Counted from the whole stretch's first letter, positions 1 through 12,148 are shown. The stretch: DNA of 63,455 bases, filler included, from Globobulimina sp. (GCA_003354225.1; 16 parts of 16 records of this genome joined end to end with filler, not necessarily neighbours in it); one strand, 5' to 3'. Made by a program: numbers and translations. Notes: generated from the letters alone by a model not told the origin.

Positions 1-2
1 CG

Positions 3-1352
3 TTGTTAAAGGAGCGGTTACCAGAAGCAAATGAGTTTTTTAATGTGTATTCTATGGGCACGTCGCAAATCAATTTATTAGTGTCGAAATATTTACAGCG
101 AGCGGATGATTCGAGCGGAATGACGACGACGGAGAAATGGTTAAATGCAGCCTGCGATTGGATGAAAGATACGCAATCATGGAGTACTTGGAACATCTCG
201 TCGTGGAAAATCGATATTGAACGCATTAAATGTACGGAAGGATGCGGTATTAATGGCTTTGGCGGTTCGTGTAACACTTTTATTGGTGAATGCGAGTGTG
301 ATTATGATGAAATCTTCGCAGATACAAATTGCCGAGAATCGTGTCCCGGATTAGTTGGACCTTCATTGCAGGGAAATTTCTCCTTTTGTTCCGGCGCCGG
401 TATTTGCGACACAATCACGAGACAATGTGCATGTTTTGATGGGTATGGTGGCGAAGGATGCGGCACCAAATATGATGAATATACGTATATTGCACTTACG
501 GCGATCATTATTGCATTATCCGCGATATTGATCATTTTGGGCACATTATGCATTGTTTGGTTGCGGATGTCTGCGAAATATAAGACAGTGAAGGCGTTAT
601 CTATCAGTATGACCACATTGATGAGTGTGGGAATTATATTTTTGGTGTCTAGTAACATCGCATTAGCTGTGCCTGTTAATAGTGCATCGTGCATCGCCTG
701 GCAATGGCTCTTTGGTATGGGCGGTGTGTTAGCAATTATGGCGCCATTATTGAAAGCATATAGAGTTTCGCGCGTCTTCCACGGCGGTAAAATGTTGCGT
801 GCAGTGAAAATCACAGATAAAATGTTGCTGGCCACGCTTATTAAAGCTGCTATATTCGAATCAATTTTGTGTATCGCTTATTCGGTGAGTCATGAAATAT
901 TTGGTGGTACGGAGATATTTTATAACCACGAAATGTTGCGATCGGAAATAAAATGTAATTCATCCACGATTACGTCGTATTTATCATTAGGTTCGTATGC
1001 GTACTTCTTTTTTATTTTATGTGCGTTGACCTATTATTCGTGGGGCACAAGAAGAGCATTGGCTGTCTTTAAAGAGTCGACGTGCGCTTATTTCAGTTCA
1101 TTCTTATCCTTATTGAGCACATTGATTGTCTTTGTGTTTTATATGGCCACCGATGATCCCGCATTCCGAGTCGCTGTTCAGTCGTTTGCTATTATTTTCG
1201 TTGTATCCGCTGTATTGATATTATTTTATGCCACCAGAATTTATACATTTTATACTGAACCAGAAAACAGAAACGTCACCGATGCGAGAACTGCCACATC
1301 AACTTCTTCGCATGCTTCTGTTATGAAACCTGGTCCAGCTTCACAAGCATAA
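3..1352 (+). CDS. Class C (GABA-B-like) 7TM GPCR with EGF-like Cys-rich stalk, 5' partial
   Basis: Cys-rich EGF-like segments (CSGAGICDTITRQCACFDGYGGEGC), then seven hydrophobic helices with class C-like motifs (CIAWQW, LLKAYRVSRVF, VFKESTC). Confidence 0.75.
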   Translation: MLKERLPEANEFFNVYSMGTSQINLLVSKYLQRADDSSGMTTTEKWLNAACDWMKDTQSWSTWNISSWKIDIERIKCTEGCGINGFGGSCNTFIGECECDYDEIFADTNCRESCPGLVGPSLQGNFSFCSGAGICDTITRQCACFDGYGGEGCGTKYDEYTYIALTAIIIALSAILIILGTLCIVWLRMSAKYKTVKALSISMTTLMSVGIIFLVSSNIALAVPVNSASCIAWQWLFGMGGVLAIMAPLLKAYRVSRVFHGGKMLRAVKITDKMLLATLIKAAIFESILCIAYSVSHEIFGGTEIFYNHEMLRSEIKCNSSTITSYLSLGSYAYFFFILCALTYYSWGTRRALAVFKESTCAYFSSFLSLLSTLIVFVFYMATDDPAFRVAVQSFAIIFVVSAVLILFYATRIYTFYTEPENRNVTDARTATSTSSHASVMKPGPASQA

Positions 1353-1646
1353 TAAAATTAAATAAAATAAAATCAAATAATAATAATATTTTTTTTCTTT
1401 TTTTTTTGTATCGTAAATTGTGAGTTTGCTATTTATTTAATTTCAATTTCTTTTAACTATTTGTTCAAGATTGAAGTTCATTTTATCAATGAGAAAGATA
1501 TTCATTCTGTAATAGAAAACTAGCACAATGTTAAGTTTCCCAACAAAAACAAATCAGACAGAGTACATTATTCAATCTCAATCAATCATTTTTATTTTGT
1601 TGGGATTAGCTTTGCAATTTTGGGCTGTCGCATTCAACAAATTATC

Positions 1647-1742
1647 TCTTAACGTATATCGATTTGAAATTGCAAAATATTCCAACTGCAATATTCGAAC
1701 ACATTTCTTAACGTATATCGATTCGAACACATTCCAACTGCA
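1647..1742. repeat. Mosaic of short direct repeats
   Basis: TCTTAACGTATATCGATT at 1647 and 1706; ATTCCAACTGCA at 1679 and 1731; ATTCGAACACATT at 1693 and 1721. Confidence 0.85.
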
Positions 1743-2336
1743 CAATTTCCTTTTTGCGTAGAACATCAGCTGCAGCCTTCAAAAGTACACTTTAATAACT
1801 TAGCATTTTATGACACGTGCTGAGAACTTACAACACCCGAACATTTCCGAGTTGCTCCTTCGTTTCATAAAGCTGTATCTGATTATAAGACTGGATAATA
1901 TTTATAAACATATTATGTATTCGCATTTGTTTTTTGTTATGTTGATTGTAGAAACGTTCTGATTTTTAACAAATTAAAAACTTTAAAATCGGATTTTAGG
2001 ATTTGTTTTTTAGATTAATTTAATTTAATTCAATTACATAAGAAAACAAAAAGGAAACCATGGAGTATCTTCGAAGCACCAACTCAACACTTAATAATCA
2101 TAAATTAATATCATATAAATTTACTTCATCATAATACTTTCAGTAAAGGTAAATTTGGTGTCAATGAACCTAGTCAAGCGGTTGTGTCTCCATGCTTCCT
2201 CTGTTGTGTCTGGCAGTTCAAACATTTATTTTAACCCTTAAAATTCATCAAACAAATACTTATGGGATATGTCACAATACAGTTTCAAAAGCAAAGTAGT
2301 GCTGGTCTGCAAAATTGATATACAATATTAAATATC

Positions 2337-3827
2337 TCACATAACAAGACAATTTTGCATAACATTTCCACTGTTTCTAGGTTTCCTACATTCCTTGTAA
2401 ACACCCTTTGGGAAATGCCTCTTTCCGTCCTGTTCCTCATTATGATATCTTCCATATAATAGCTCACCGCATGTATAACAAAAATGTGTGCCATTTGCTT
2501 CTGTTTTATTCAAACATCCAGCATGAGTCATATGATTACATCCAGATACTTTCTCAACCATTATTCCACATTTCGGACACGACTGAAATTTGCTTTTCTT
2601 CATCATTCGTTTCGTTTTTGCATCCAACACTGAAACCTTATCGTTTACCACTATCTGTGCACAGACACCATTCTTCAAATCATCTTTATCACATACATTA
2701 TGCCATGGTTCTTCACACCGATAACATATCATTTGCTTACAATCCTTGCATTGGATACAAAACAAGCTCGTAAAACATGCCATGCACAAATCCACCGCTT
2801 CCACATATCCTAACTCTAATATTTGCATTTTAAACCTTACACATTGGTGACAAAAAACGTTGCCACAAATGGTGCAGTTATATCTCCATTTTAACATTGA
2901 AAACGAATGCAAACATAAATCACTCTCACATTTTTTGACAGATTTCAATGGTTTGTAATGTTTTCGTTGCTTATACGTCGGATATTTGTCACTATTGAAT
3001 TGCCTATTTAGTGGTGGCTCATTTTTAATTAATATATTCTGGCAATCCGCGTTTGGACAATCGATACGTAAATGCCTCGGAGTATTTATTATGAGATTGA
3101 ATCTGTGATATTTGCTCAATAATTGTCTACATTCACTTGTTTTATTGTGATCTTGTTTCATTTGAGAATGAATAATATATTTTATTAAATCTTTATGTAT
3201 TTCGGCGTTACAATTATATTGAAAACAGTTGATTGGATATTTTGTGATGTCAGTCACTGAATGTTTAATGTAGTTATATCCACATTCATTATTTAAGCAA
3301 ATTGAATGATTGCACTCATTCATGGCCACTCCATCAACGATGCCATCCATGCAAATGGGACATGATTGATTCTCCGATGTGGTGATTTTATGAAAAGTGG
3401 CTGTCGATGAAAATTTAACATAAAAAATTATCCCAATTATGAATGTGGAGACAGAAATTATTTGAAAAATAAATTCAACCAATGTGCTGTTTGGATATTG
3501 AGTATTTTTAATAGAATTTAATTCCATTACAGTCAGAATCCATAATGCAACAAATGATGCTGATAATTGTGTTTTTGATTTCATTTTGTTAGGTTTGGAG
3601 AGTGATGATTGATACTTTTGGAATAAAATTACAATTGAAATTAAATTGAGTAATATTATGAATTGTAATGTTGAATGAAAAAACGTACGGAAGATAAGGC
3701 TGAATCCATTGAAAATGGTAAAAGAAACAACTTTAACAATGTCCAATGCGAAATGAATGCTGAGTCCAAATACGATGAAAATAAGCAACATTTTGAAAAA
3801 TGCATTGTCATCAGAAGTAAAATCCAT
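2337..3827 (-). CDS. Membrane-anchored RBR E3 ubiquitin ligase with a FYVE-like finger inserted in the IBR and a C-terminal CaaX
   Basis: N-terminal hydrophobic helices; RING1 CPIC..CNHSIC..C; split IBR CPNADC...CKDC..CYRC..WH; RING2 CPKC..EKVSGCNHM; ends CLVM-stop. Confidence 0.85.
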   Translation of the reverse strand: MDFTSDDNAFFKMLLIFIVFGLSIHFALDIVKVVSFTIFNGFSLIFRTFFHSTLQFIILLNLISIVILFQKYQSSLSKPNKMKSKTQLSASFVALWILTVMELNSIKNTQYPNSTLVEFIFQIISVSTFIIGIIFYVKFSSTATFHKITTSENQSCPICMDGIVDGVAMNECNHSICLNNECGYNYIKHSVTDITKYPINCFQYNCNAEIHKDLIKYIIHSQMKQDHNKTSECRQLLSKYHRFNLIINTPRHLRIDCPNADCQNILIKNEPPLNRQFNSDKYPTYKQRKHYKPLKSVKKCESDLCLHSFSMLKWRYNCTICGNVFCHQCVRFKMQILELGYVEAVDLCMACFTSLFCIQCKDCKQMICYRCEEPWHNVCDKDDLKNGVCAQIVVNDKVSVLDAKTKRMMKKSKFQSCPKCGIMVEKVSGCNHMTHAGCLNKTEANGTHFCYTCGELLYGRYHNEEQDGKRHFPKGVYKECRKPRNSGNVMQNCLVM

Positions 3828-3877
3828 GCTCCAAATCTATATCTAGTTAGTGAAAAGTTTTTTGATGTATTTAAGAA

Positions 3878-3977
3878 NNNNNNNNNNNNNNNNNNNNNNN
3901 NNNNNNNNNNNNNNNNNNNNNTTAATTAATTAANNNNNNNNNNNNNNNNNNNNNNNNNNNNNNNNNNNNNNNNNNNN
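3878..3977. other. Artificial contig spacer N44-TTAATTAATTAA-N44 (six-frame stop linker). Identical spacers start at 7853, 11828, 15802, 19775, 23748, 27721, 31693, 35665, 39636, 43607, 47578, 51549, 55518 and 59487
   Basis: 15 identical 100-bp spacers; the contigs between them decrease in length from 3877 to 3869 bp; genes are cut at the spacer edges. Confidence 0.99.
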
Positions 3978-6900
3978 TGTCAATGTCACAGTCCATAACA
4001 TTGGTTGCCGATAATGCTCCAAACACATTTGAAAAGTATTCAATATGATACAAATCATTATAAATAAATCGAATTTAGGATTTTGACACATTTTGAATAT
4101 TTCTTTTTGTAATGCATTGGGTGCCTTACCTTTGAGTTCATAGTCTTTGGTAATATCAATTCGATCCGTAATCATCCTCTGTTGTACCCAATTTTTTTGC
4201 GCCTCGGTTAGGAATAAGGAGCCGCCGCTGTGGTTTGATTTAATTGTTTGAAAATTATCCACAACCACAGAGATCAACAAATTAAATGCAAAAAAGCCAG
4301 CAATTAATATAGTGGCTATAAAATACGACGATAACAGTGGGTTATGATTTGTTTTTGGTTGCTTGTCCACGCCGACTGAATCAATGGCATTCCACATAAT
4401 GGTGGACCAATTCACGCGTAACGCGATAACGAATATGGATTGAATTGCTTTAAATATATCATCAAAAGTAAATATCGGATTAATCCATTCTCCGCCTGCC
4501 TTTTCACAGTCTGTCCGCGTGAAAATATCTTCCAATATGTCCTCATTAGTTATACTGCATCGCATAAAGGTACCACACATTAATTGCACGCCTAAAATAG
4601 CCAAAGCGATCCAGAATAATAATATAAATCCGGTTGTTGCTACAACGCCGGGTATCGAATAAATTAACTGATGCAAAATAATAAACAAATGACTCAGAAA
4701 ATAGGCAAAAAAAAGTAAATATGGATCACTTAACTGATGTGATTGCAACCCGCAATGATTCAAAACGAATGGCCAATCTTAAGGGGCGAACTGCGCGCAA
4801 TACCTTGAAGAACTCTATGCTGTCTGGAAATAATAAGGAAACAATGCTGATAAAAACAACCAACGCATCGAGCCGGTTCCAATTATCTGCCCAATAGGCA
4901 CCTTGCCGCAAATTCGCCATTTGCGGAGAATGAATCACTGCGCAAAATGAATGCGGAGCAATGCGAGATTTGACATCATATTGTTCATGCTGCCAAGCAC
5001 CGGTTAACGGATTGATTAATTTGTAGATATATTTCAATTTTGGTTGGCTATAATTATAAGTCTCGATGTTTTCAGATTCAATGTCCTCTTCGGATGGTGC
5101 AGCAACGCCGGTGGCTGCATAGCCATTTTTTGTTTTATCTGCGTCTTTGTGTTTGTGTGAATGTGAATGTTGGTCATTCATTTCATCATAAAATACCATT
5201 CGAAAGTGCTTGATTTTTTCGTCTGCGCTCATAAAATGTATTATTGTGTGACCCGTATTCGATTGAATGCAGTTTAATATTCTTCCATATTCTGTGACTA
5301 ATTCCTCTTTGATTTGTACGTGCTGTGCGATATATTGTTGACAAATTTGAGTCCAGTATTCCGTGAAAGGTGCATCATTATAAATGTCCTTAAATGTCCA
5401 ATGTCGAAAATCAAATATCGGTTTGGCAATAAATCCATCGGCAACCACTTTAAATAGCATTTCGGCGGAATAAATGCACACAAATATAATATCTATAAAC
5501 TTGAATACTTTTAGAACTTTTGGTTGTCGTTGCGGCATTGACGGGTTTTCAAATGCCAACATTACGCAATTTATCACAATCATAGTGGCAATAAACCATT
5601 CAAACCAACAGGAATGCACCAAATCAAATAATTTGCATCGAATGTAAGATCTCGTAGTGAATATTCCTAATGATTTGCCAGTTGGTCCATTTTTAAATAT
5701 TACTTTTTTGTAATGTGGAGACCATAACATTTCTAAATTCCGTAATTGTCTTTCAAATCTTAAATGTTCTGCGATATTGCACAATTTTAATATTTTTTGT
5801 TGATATTTATCTTCCGAATCATGGAATTCTTTCGCGTATTCTGTCAATGCCACCATTAACCATTCAGGGCAGTCTCCATTGTCCCGATCCGAGGCTTCGC
5901 AGATTTTGGTCAGCAGAACAGCCACGAATAAGTTCATCAAAATGAAGTCACCAAATATCACAATTGCTAAAAAAAATAAGAAACTCCAGGATTTTCCAGT
6001 GATTTCCGTATTTGAATACATAATACCTTACATATATATATTTATGTATTTATAGATCTATTAGAAATACTTTGCTGCCTCTTATGATTTTTATACCTGT
6101 CCAATTATCGCCAGTAACCACCTGGAAAACAGTGATCATGCTCCATTCAATACTCTTAAATGAATGTCTTGCGGCTAACTTAGTTTCGTCGATGTCAACA
6201 TAGTAAACAGCAAACAGAGAGACTCCCAACGTTGCAAACATAAACACCAATAAAAATGGAATAATACACAGATATGATACGTCCGCTACAGCTGCGCCTA
6301 ATGTCGCTGTCAAAACCTTTAATGATTCAATTTTATTCAGCACTCGAAATATTCGCATAATACGAAACATTCGCAACAATTTCAAACTTCTAAACACAGA
6401 CAACGAGGACGCAAAATCACTCCCTTGCGTACCAATGAATAATGATATAATCAAATCCAGCGAGCTCACCAACACTATGATAAAGTCGAATTTATTAAAG
6501 TTATCAGCAAAATATGTTTTACATCCCAGTCCTATCAGTTTTATAATCATTTCGCCAAAGAAGATCACAGTAAATATATTATTGACCCATTCCAATCTTT
6601 TTTGTATTTGCAAAGGCATATACGGCCAATGAATGGCCATAACTATGCTATTCGCGATGATGCATAGCAACAAAATGCTGTCAAACCAGGGATTCGTACA
6701 GATCCTATACGCACTTTGCACAAAGCTCGAAGAGGTATCTTTCTCCAATACACTCCGCTTAGGCCGGGCATTGAAAATCGCCTTTTTGGAGCATTTATAA
6801 TTTTGATTCATAATCCGCTCACTCTCTGCATAGTGATCCACAATAATGCCAAAGCGCATTTTGCTGCTAAGCTTCCAATCTGTGGACCTTTCTTCCTTTG

Positions 6901-7852
6901 CTCTGGGCGACAATGACGGTATCATTTCAGCAAAGGAACTCAACGAAGGCTGTTTGGTCAGGTCTCTGTAATTAAGTAAATGCAACGACCCGTCCCACCG
7001 TTTTGTCTTTAGATTGGCGTGAAATGTTTGCGACTTAAAACGTTTCCAGCCTTCAATTGGCATTATTTCTTCGGTTGGCTGCAATTCTGATAAAGTTCCA
7101 ATGGTACGCAACCTGCGTAACTTCCTTCTACTTAGTTTTTGTAGTTTTGGTGATGGTGATCGAGCAGATTTCAACGACGAATTGGATGATGAGGGTTCGT
7201 TATATGATCTGTGATTCGCTAATCGAGGAATTGATATACATGAAATATCGGTGATGCTTTTTTGGATTACATTCGTTTTCCTCGAGCAGTGTTTAATAAC
7301 TTTGATTGGAGCGGACGATGACCGAATATGGTCCATACGCTGTAGCTGTAAACCTGGTGTCTTATCTGCTATGTTGTCTGTTGTACGAGCGGTTATATTT
7401 TCTTCTGTGTTGTCTGGCGTCGGTGTGGCTTGATTATCGTTATTATTATCTTCAGAATCAGTGATATCGATGTTGGCAAAATCCAATAAAGTCTCGACAT
7501 CTAATTCTCCGGCATCGAAATCCAGGTTATTTGTATTGTTTTTTTCTTCTTCAACCACTATGTTTGCAGAATCATCGGAGTAGGAATGGGATGGTCTGGT
7601 TAGAATATCGAGCGAAGGCACATCAGTCAGCAATGGATCCATGCTGTTAGGATTAGCATTTGTGAGTTCAATGCCTGCGTCGGGATCATCTACATTTATT
7701 TTAAATGATTTCCTGCATTGCATGCCTGGATCTGTTTATTTTTTATTTTGTTTATAGGATATATATATGTTATTAATTTGGAGAAAACATACTGTCAGGG
7801 ATATCATCGTCTGGCGCATTGTTTTGCGGTGGTTCAATCCCATACAAATCAT
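3978..7852 (-). CDS. Four-domain voltage-gated Ca/Na-type channel alpha subunit, internal fragment (I-II linker, domains II and III, start of IV)
   Basis: S4 helices FRSLKLLRMFRIMRIFRVL and LRAVRPLRLAIR; pore loops VTGDNW and ALRVNW; S6 FILMNLFVAVLL and FAFNLLISVVVDNF; frame-restoring GT-AG introns at 6027-6096, ~4668-4734 and ~7732-7792. Confidence 0.9.
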
Positions 7853-7952
7853 NNNNNNNNNNNNNNNNNNNNNNNNNNNNNNNNNNNNNNNNNNNNTTAA
7901 TTAATTAANNNNNNNNNNNNNNNNNNNNNNNNNNNNNNNNNNNNNNNNNNNN

Positions 7953-10900
7953 CCATCGTTTTACACTCAGAGATCACGAACGAAGTGCACCGCCAACGCG
8001 GGTTGATGGGCAAAATAAACGTATTCGGCAAAATGGAGTTCAATTTCGCCAGTTCGCCGTGCAAAAACTGCTTCAAATCCGCTTTCGTCACATCTTTCTT
8101 CTTGGACTTGGCCTTTAGCCGCAACGAACTGTTGATTTTGCCCAGTTCGCGGCACAAATTGCACTGCAAAAAGATGTCTCGCGGCACGCCCAACTGCGAA
8201 AACAGTAAATATTCCTCCAAATACACGCCGAAGCGCTCCAGATACATAATGTTGAGCTCGTCGTCCTGCAGATATTCGCTCTTAATGTGCCAGAAGAAAA
8301 AGTGGCCGATCTGGTTCGGGTTGGCGATGCTGCGCCGCATCAACAGCCGGATCAGCCCGTTGTTGTGATGCAGTTCGTACTTCAGACATTGTACCAATTG
8401 CAACAAATAGCGCTGCAAATCGCTGTCGTGCATGGCCGCCAGCCGCATTATGGCATATTCGCGCACATAATTATCCATAAATTCGTACGACAGCAATTCC
8501 AGCGAGTCCTCCAAATACGGCGAAGGCGTCCACGCCTCGATCAGATCATAAGTCTCGCTGCGAATGTCGGCGTCGCGCCAATCGATACTGGCCAAGAAGC
8601 AGTTCAATGCATTCGGCATCTTACACAAATCCGAGCGGTACTTCCATAGCAACTGCTTGTCGCGCTCGCTATATTTGTACAACAGGTCGGAAATCACGAT
8701 CTCGTGCACACGCCGCCATTCTTCCGCTTTGTTCTCAGACTCTTTGTGTTCGCGCTCTTTCTTTGTGGAAAATATGCGCATAAACGACGACGACGACGAT
8801 TTGCGTTTGGCGCCTTTGCCATTCTCCTTTTCCTTCTCCTTCGATAACTGCGACAGAGACAACGTCTCTCTCCGCGATAACTCCCTCGCTGTCTTTTTTA
8901 AGTGCGCCGCTTTGTAATTTATGCGATGGTTCAACGGCGGCGCAATGATTTTGAATTTGCGTTGTTCGAATTCGATGCCTAATTTGAATATATTTTGCAA
9001 GGCTTTGTCCTCTAAGTCCATGCCGGTCAGTTTGTCGATTTTCGAGTGTCTTTTTTTTTTGATCTGTTTGAAATGTCGGTCGGTGGTACTTCCACGATAA
9101 CGAAAGGCTAAATTTATATATGGGTCGCATTTGGCACCTTTATACAATGCAATGTACACTGGAATGGGCCATAAATTCAGCGCATATTTGCCATCACGTA
9201 ATAAATTGCGTGCGTCCACAATGGGGAGACGTACGAAGGCGATGGGCATTTCTAATTTGATTTTTTTGTCTGTGTCTGTGGTGGCCGCCGAGTCGCACAA
9301 CAACACAGTGAATGATATGCATGATTCGCGTGCTAAATCGCACCATTTCTGCTTCGATTGCGCGAAAACTGCATTGCCGAACCGCATGCCGTCGCAAATT
9401 TTGGTGTTGCCGTCGGTATCAAAGGTCGTGGTGTTATATTTCAAATCGCCAATCCACAGTTCATGGCGTACGATGATCACTAATTTCTTGATGTTTTTGC
9501 TCGAAATGGAGGAGATGTAATGTTTATACCGCGGCAAATGCGTCACATTGGTCAAAAAGGACATTTTCACGCGATAAAATTGCGCAAATTCGTGCAATAA
9601 CATCTCTTTAATCGGCAATCCAGCCTTGATTTGGTCCACTTTCTTTGGTATAGTTTTCAATAAAAACTGGGTGTCTTTCAACGAAGGGATATTTTGTAGG
9701 ATCTCCTTCCCGTTTAACACCTTCATTTGCGAGGCGAATACGTTCATAATACGCCGGTTATCGTCGATTTTAATTTCGGCCGCCACGTCTTCCATAATTA
9801 TTTTCGACGTAAACGACCCTTTGGGGTTGCCCTGACTCGCTGCATTGGGCAACAATGGCGGCGGCGGCGGGACCTCCTCGGCCGTGGCGGTGTGGCTGTC
9901 ATCGTCTGATTCTTCCAAATGTTCCTCTTCACGCAAGCAAATCGAGGTGTTTTTGTACTTAAATGAATGCTTTATACTCGGCAATGGCTCGTCGATCGTC
10001 GCCGGAGGACTGGCCGCGGCGGTGATGGTAGGCGGAGGTGGCGGCGGTATGTCATCTAAAAAAATGTGCAAATTAGTTTTATATTCATCGAAATCCTCAT
10101 CCATTCCATCCTGAATAGTCATCATTTTGTTCAACTTGGTCTGCGAGGACAAAATCAATTGATTCTGGTATAATTGGTAGGGTTTGGTGAAACCGTTGTG
10201 TTTCTTTGCTAACATGATCTCATTCAACGACATGCCATCGCCATACGAATATTTGCAGTATTTACGGGTCTCTTTGTCGGCATGTTTTTGTATGGTTTTG
10301 TTGGTTAATAATTTGGCGCTTAAATACTTATTTTTAAATTGCATAATATGCCATATGTTCTTATCAAAACATTCCTGTTCAATCAATGGCAAATCGGGTC
10401 GATGATCGAGTTGAAAGACGACGTCGTCTTCGTTGCGCACCGCTTTTCGCACCGCTTCATAGTCGACAATTAATTTGGTGTCATCGTACAAGATATATTC
10501 CTCACAACCGACTACTTTCAATATAAACTCTGCGCAAATGACGGTATCGCCGTCGTACTCGGAGACTAAGGAGGTTTTTAACTTCTTTTCGACGATTTTG
10601 TCAATCAATTGTTTGGCGGTGGTTTCTTGGACAATGACGCGTACTTTCCACTGCTTGGAGGTGGTGGGGAACAGCGTGTTGTCTTTGGGCGGCAAGATTT
10701 GCGCAACAAAGTGTTTTTCTTTGGGGATGGTGTTGGTGCTAAAAAATTCAGGGAAAGACATGGAGACCGGATGGGGCAGCATCAGAGTGTGGTTGATGTC
10801 GTTGCATTGCAAGCGGTATATATCCACCGCGTTGTTGTCAAATTCCCATTTGAGTTTATCAAATTTGAGTATGCGACTTACGAGTTGGTTGTCAGTGATG

Positions 10901-11271
10901 TCTTCCGCTAACATGTCGTCTTCGAATTCGTCGTCGTCAGAGCCGCTCGCGTTGTTTTTGCTGTTTTTTAAATGCTTTTTTTTATTTATAACCGGGTTGT
11001 TATCGAATATGATTTCCATTGTGATTGAGTTGTAAAATAAGTGTCGCCCACTTACAAGTTCTTGACATTCGATCCATTCACCAGAGGGTTCGTGGTAGTT
11101 TGTAGTTGAACGGGATTCTTCAGTGTCGTCATCATCGTAAAGCATATAATCGACGCTTAAATTGTGTTTAAACTGTTTGAAATCTTTTGATAAATTTATC
11201 GTTGGTGAACTGTACGACGTTTGTAATTTTGTCAGCTTGTCGTCGGCTTCGTCGTCTTCTGGATCTGACAT
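7953..11271 (-). CDS. Class I-like phosphoinositide 3-kinase, 3' partial (RBD-like, C2, helical, start of kinase domain)
   Basis: FILKVVGCEEYI, LLRDGKYALNLWP, LQRYLLQLVQCLKYE, IGHFFFWHIKSE, FILPINPRW..SECKTM; one intronless ORF cut by the spacer. Confidence 0.92.
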
Positions 11272-11404
11272 GGTTAAAATACTTACTTACTTTCATAAAA
11301 TACTTACTTCACTTCTTACAAAACCCAAACAGCTAAACAACAACGTTTGACATTATGAAGTTGCTGAATAAGGGATGGAGACAGGGTTTTTAAAAACATT
11401 TTAG

Positions 11405-11827
11405 TTAATCATCTGTTCCACTTTGATTCTGATCCGAATGAGTCGCCTGTGGCTTTTTTTGTTGATCTTTTCCAATTTTATTTTTGTTATCTGTGGCTTT
11501 TTCAACTTGATTGACATTGTCCTTCTGCTCATTGTCATTGACTTTATCATTAAAATCCTCCTTGGATTCATTCTCTTCATTCTGTTCATTGTCATTGCCT
11601 TCCAACGCAGCCTCGATTTGCTTGGCACTCATTGCATTACATTGGGTCAACAACTCCTTCAAATTCTTATTCTGTTTAATTTTTGTCCGTATAAACATTT
11701 GTATCAATCCATTCCATTTCGACCATTGCCATGTACTCGGCGCCCCCAATAACTCAAAATCCTTTGTCTCAGCAACCAATTGTTTCTGAAATGAAGCATT
11801 ATACGAATATTTGGCCAAATTAATCAT
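11405..11827 (-). CDS. 3' end of a hypothetical protein with an acidic/Asn-rich tail
   Basis: Open frame from the contig edge to a stop at 11405; no motif recognised. Confidence 0.5.
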   Translation of the reverse strand: MINLAKYSYNASFQKQLVAETKDFELLGAPSTWQWSKWNGLIQMFIRTKIKQNKNLKELLTQCNAMSAKQIEAALEGNDNEQNEENESKEDFNDKVNDNEQKDNVNQVEKATDNKNKIGKDQQKKPQATHSDQNQSGTDD

Positions 11828-12148
11828 NNNNNNNNNNNNNNNNNNNNNNNNNNNNNNNNNNNNNNNNNNNNTTAATTAATTAANNNNNNNNNNNNNNNNN
11901 NNNNNNNNNNNNNNNNNNNNNNNNNNNTTCTGTTAAAAGCTTTAACGTCCGCATCAAGAACAAGATTTTGAGAGAATTGTATAATTTCTTATAGATATAT
12001 GTAGTTTCGATTGATATTTGTAATGAATTCAATTATTCAATCACAACATCAACACAAGAACCCAAACAATTGTATAATACATCCCTCCCTCCCCTCAAAA
12101 CAAAATAAAAAAAACAAAAACAAAATTAAATTATTAAAAATTGATAGA

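Noticed and set aside
1560-1900. Possible decayed TRAF-type zinc-finger gene (KCTFEGC) on the minus strand
   Set aside because: Too fragmentary to support a call.
7967-11350. Many antisense or alternate-frame ORFs over PI3K (likewise over Sec10, pol and UGGT)
   Set aside because: Shadow ORFs of the real coding strand, with no motifs.
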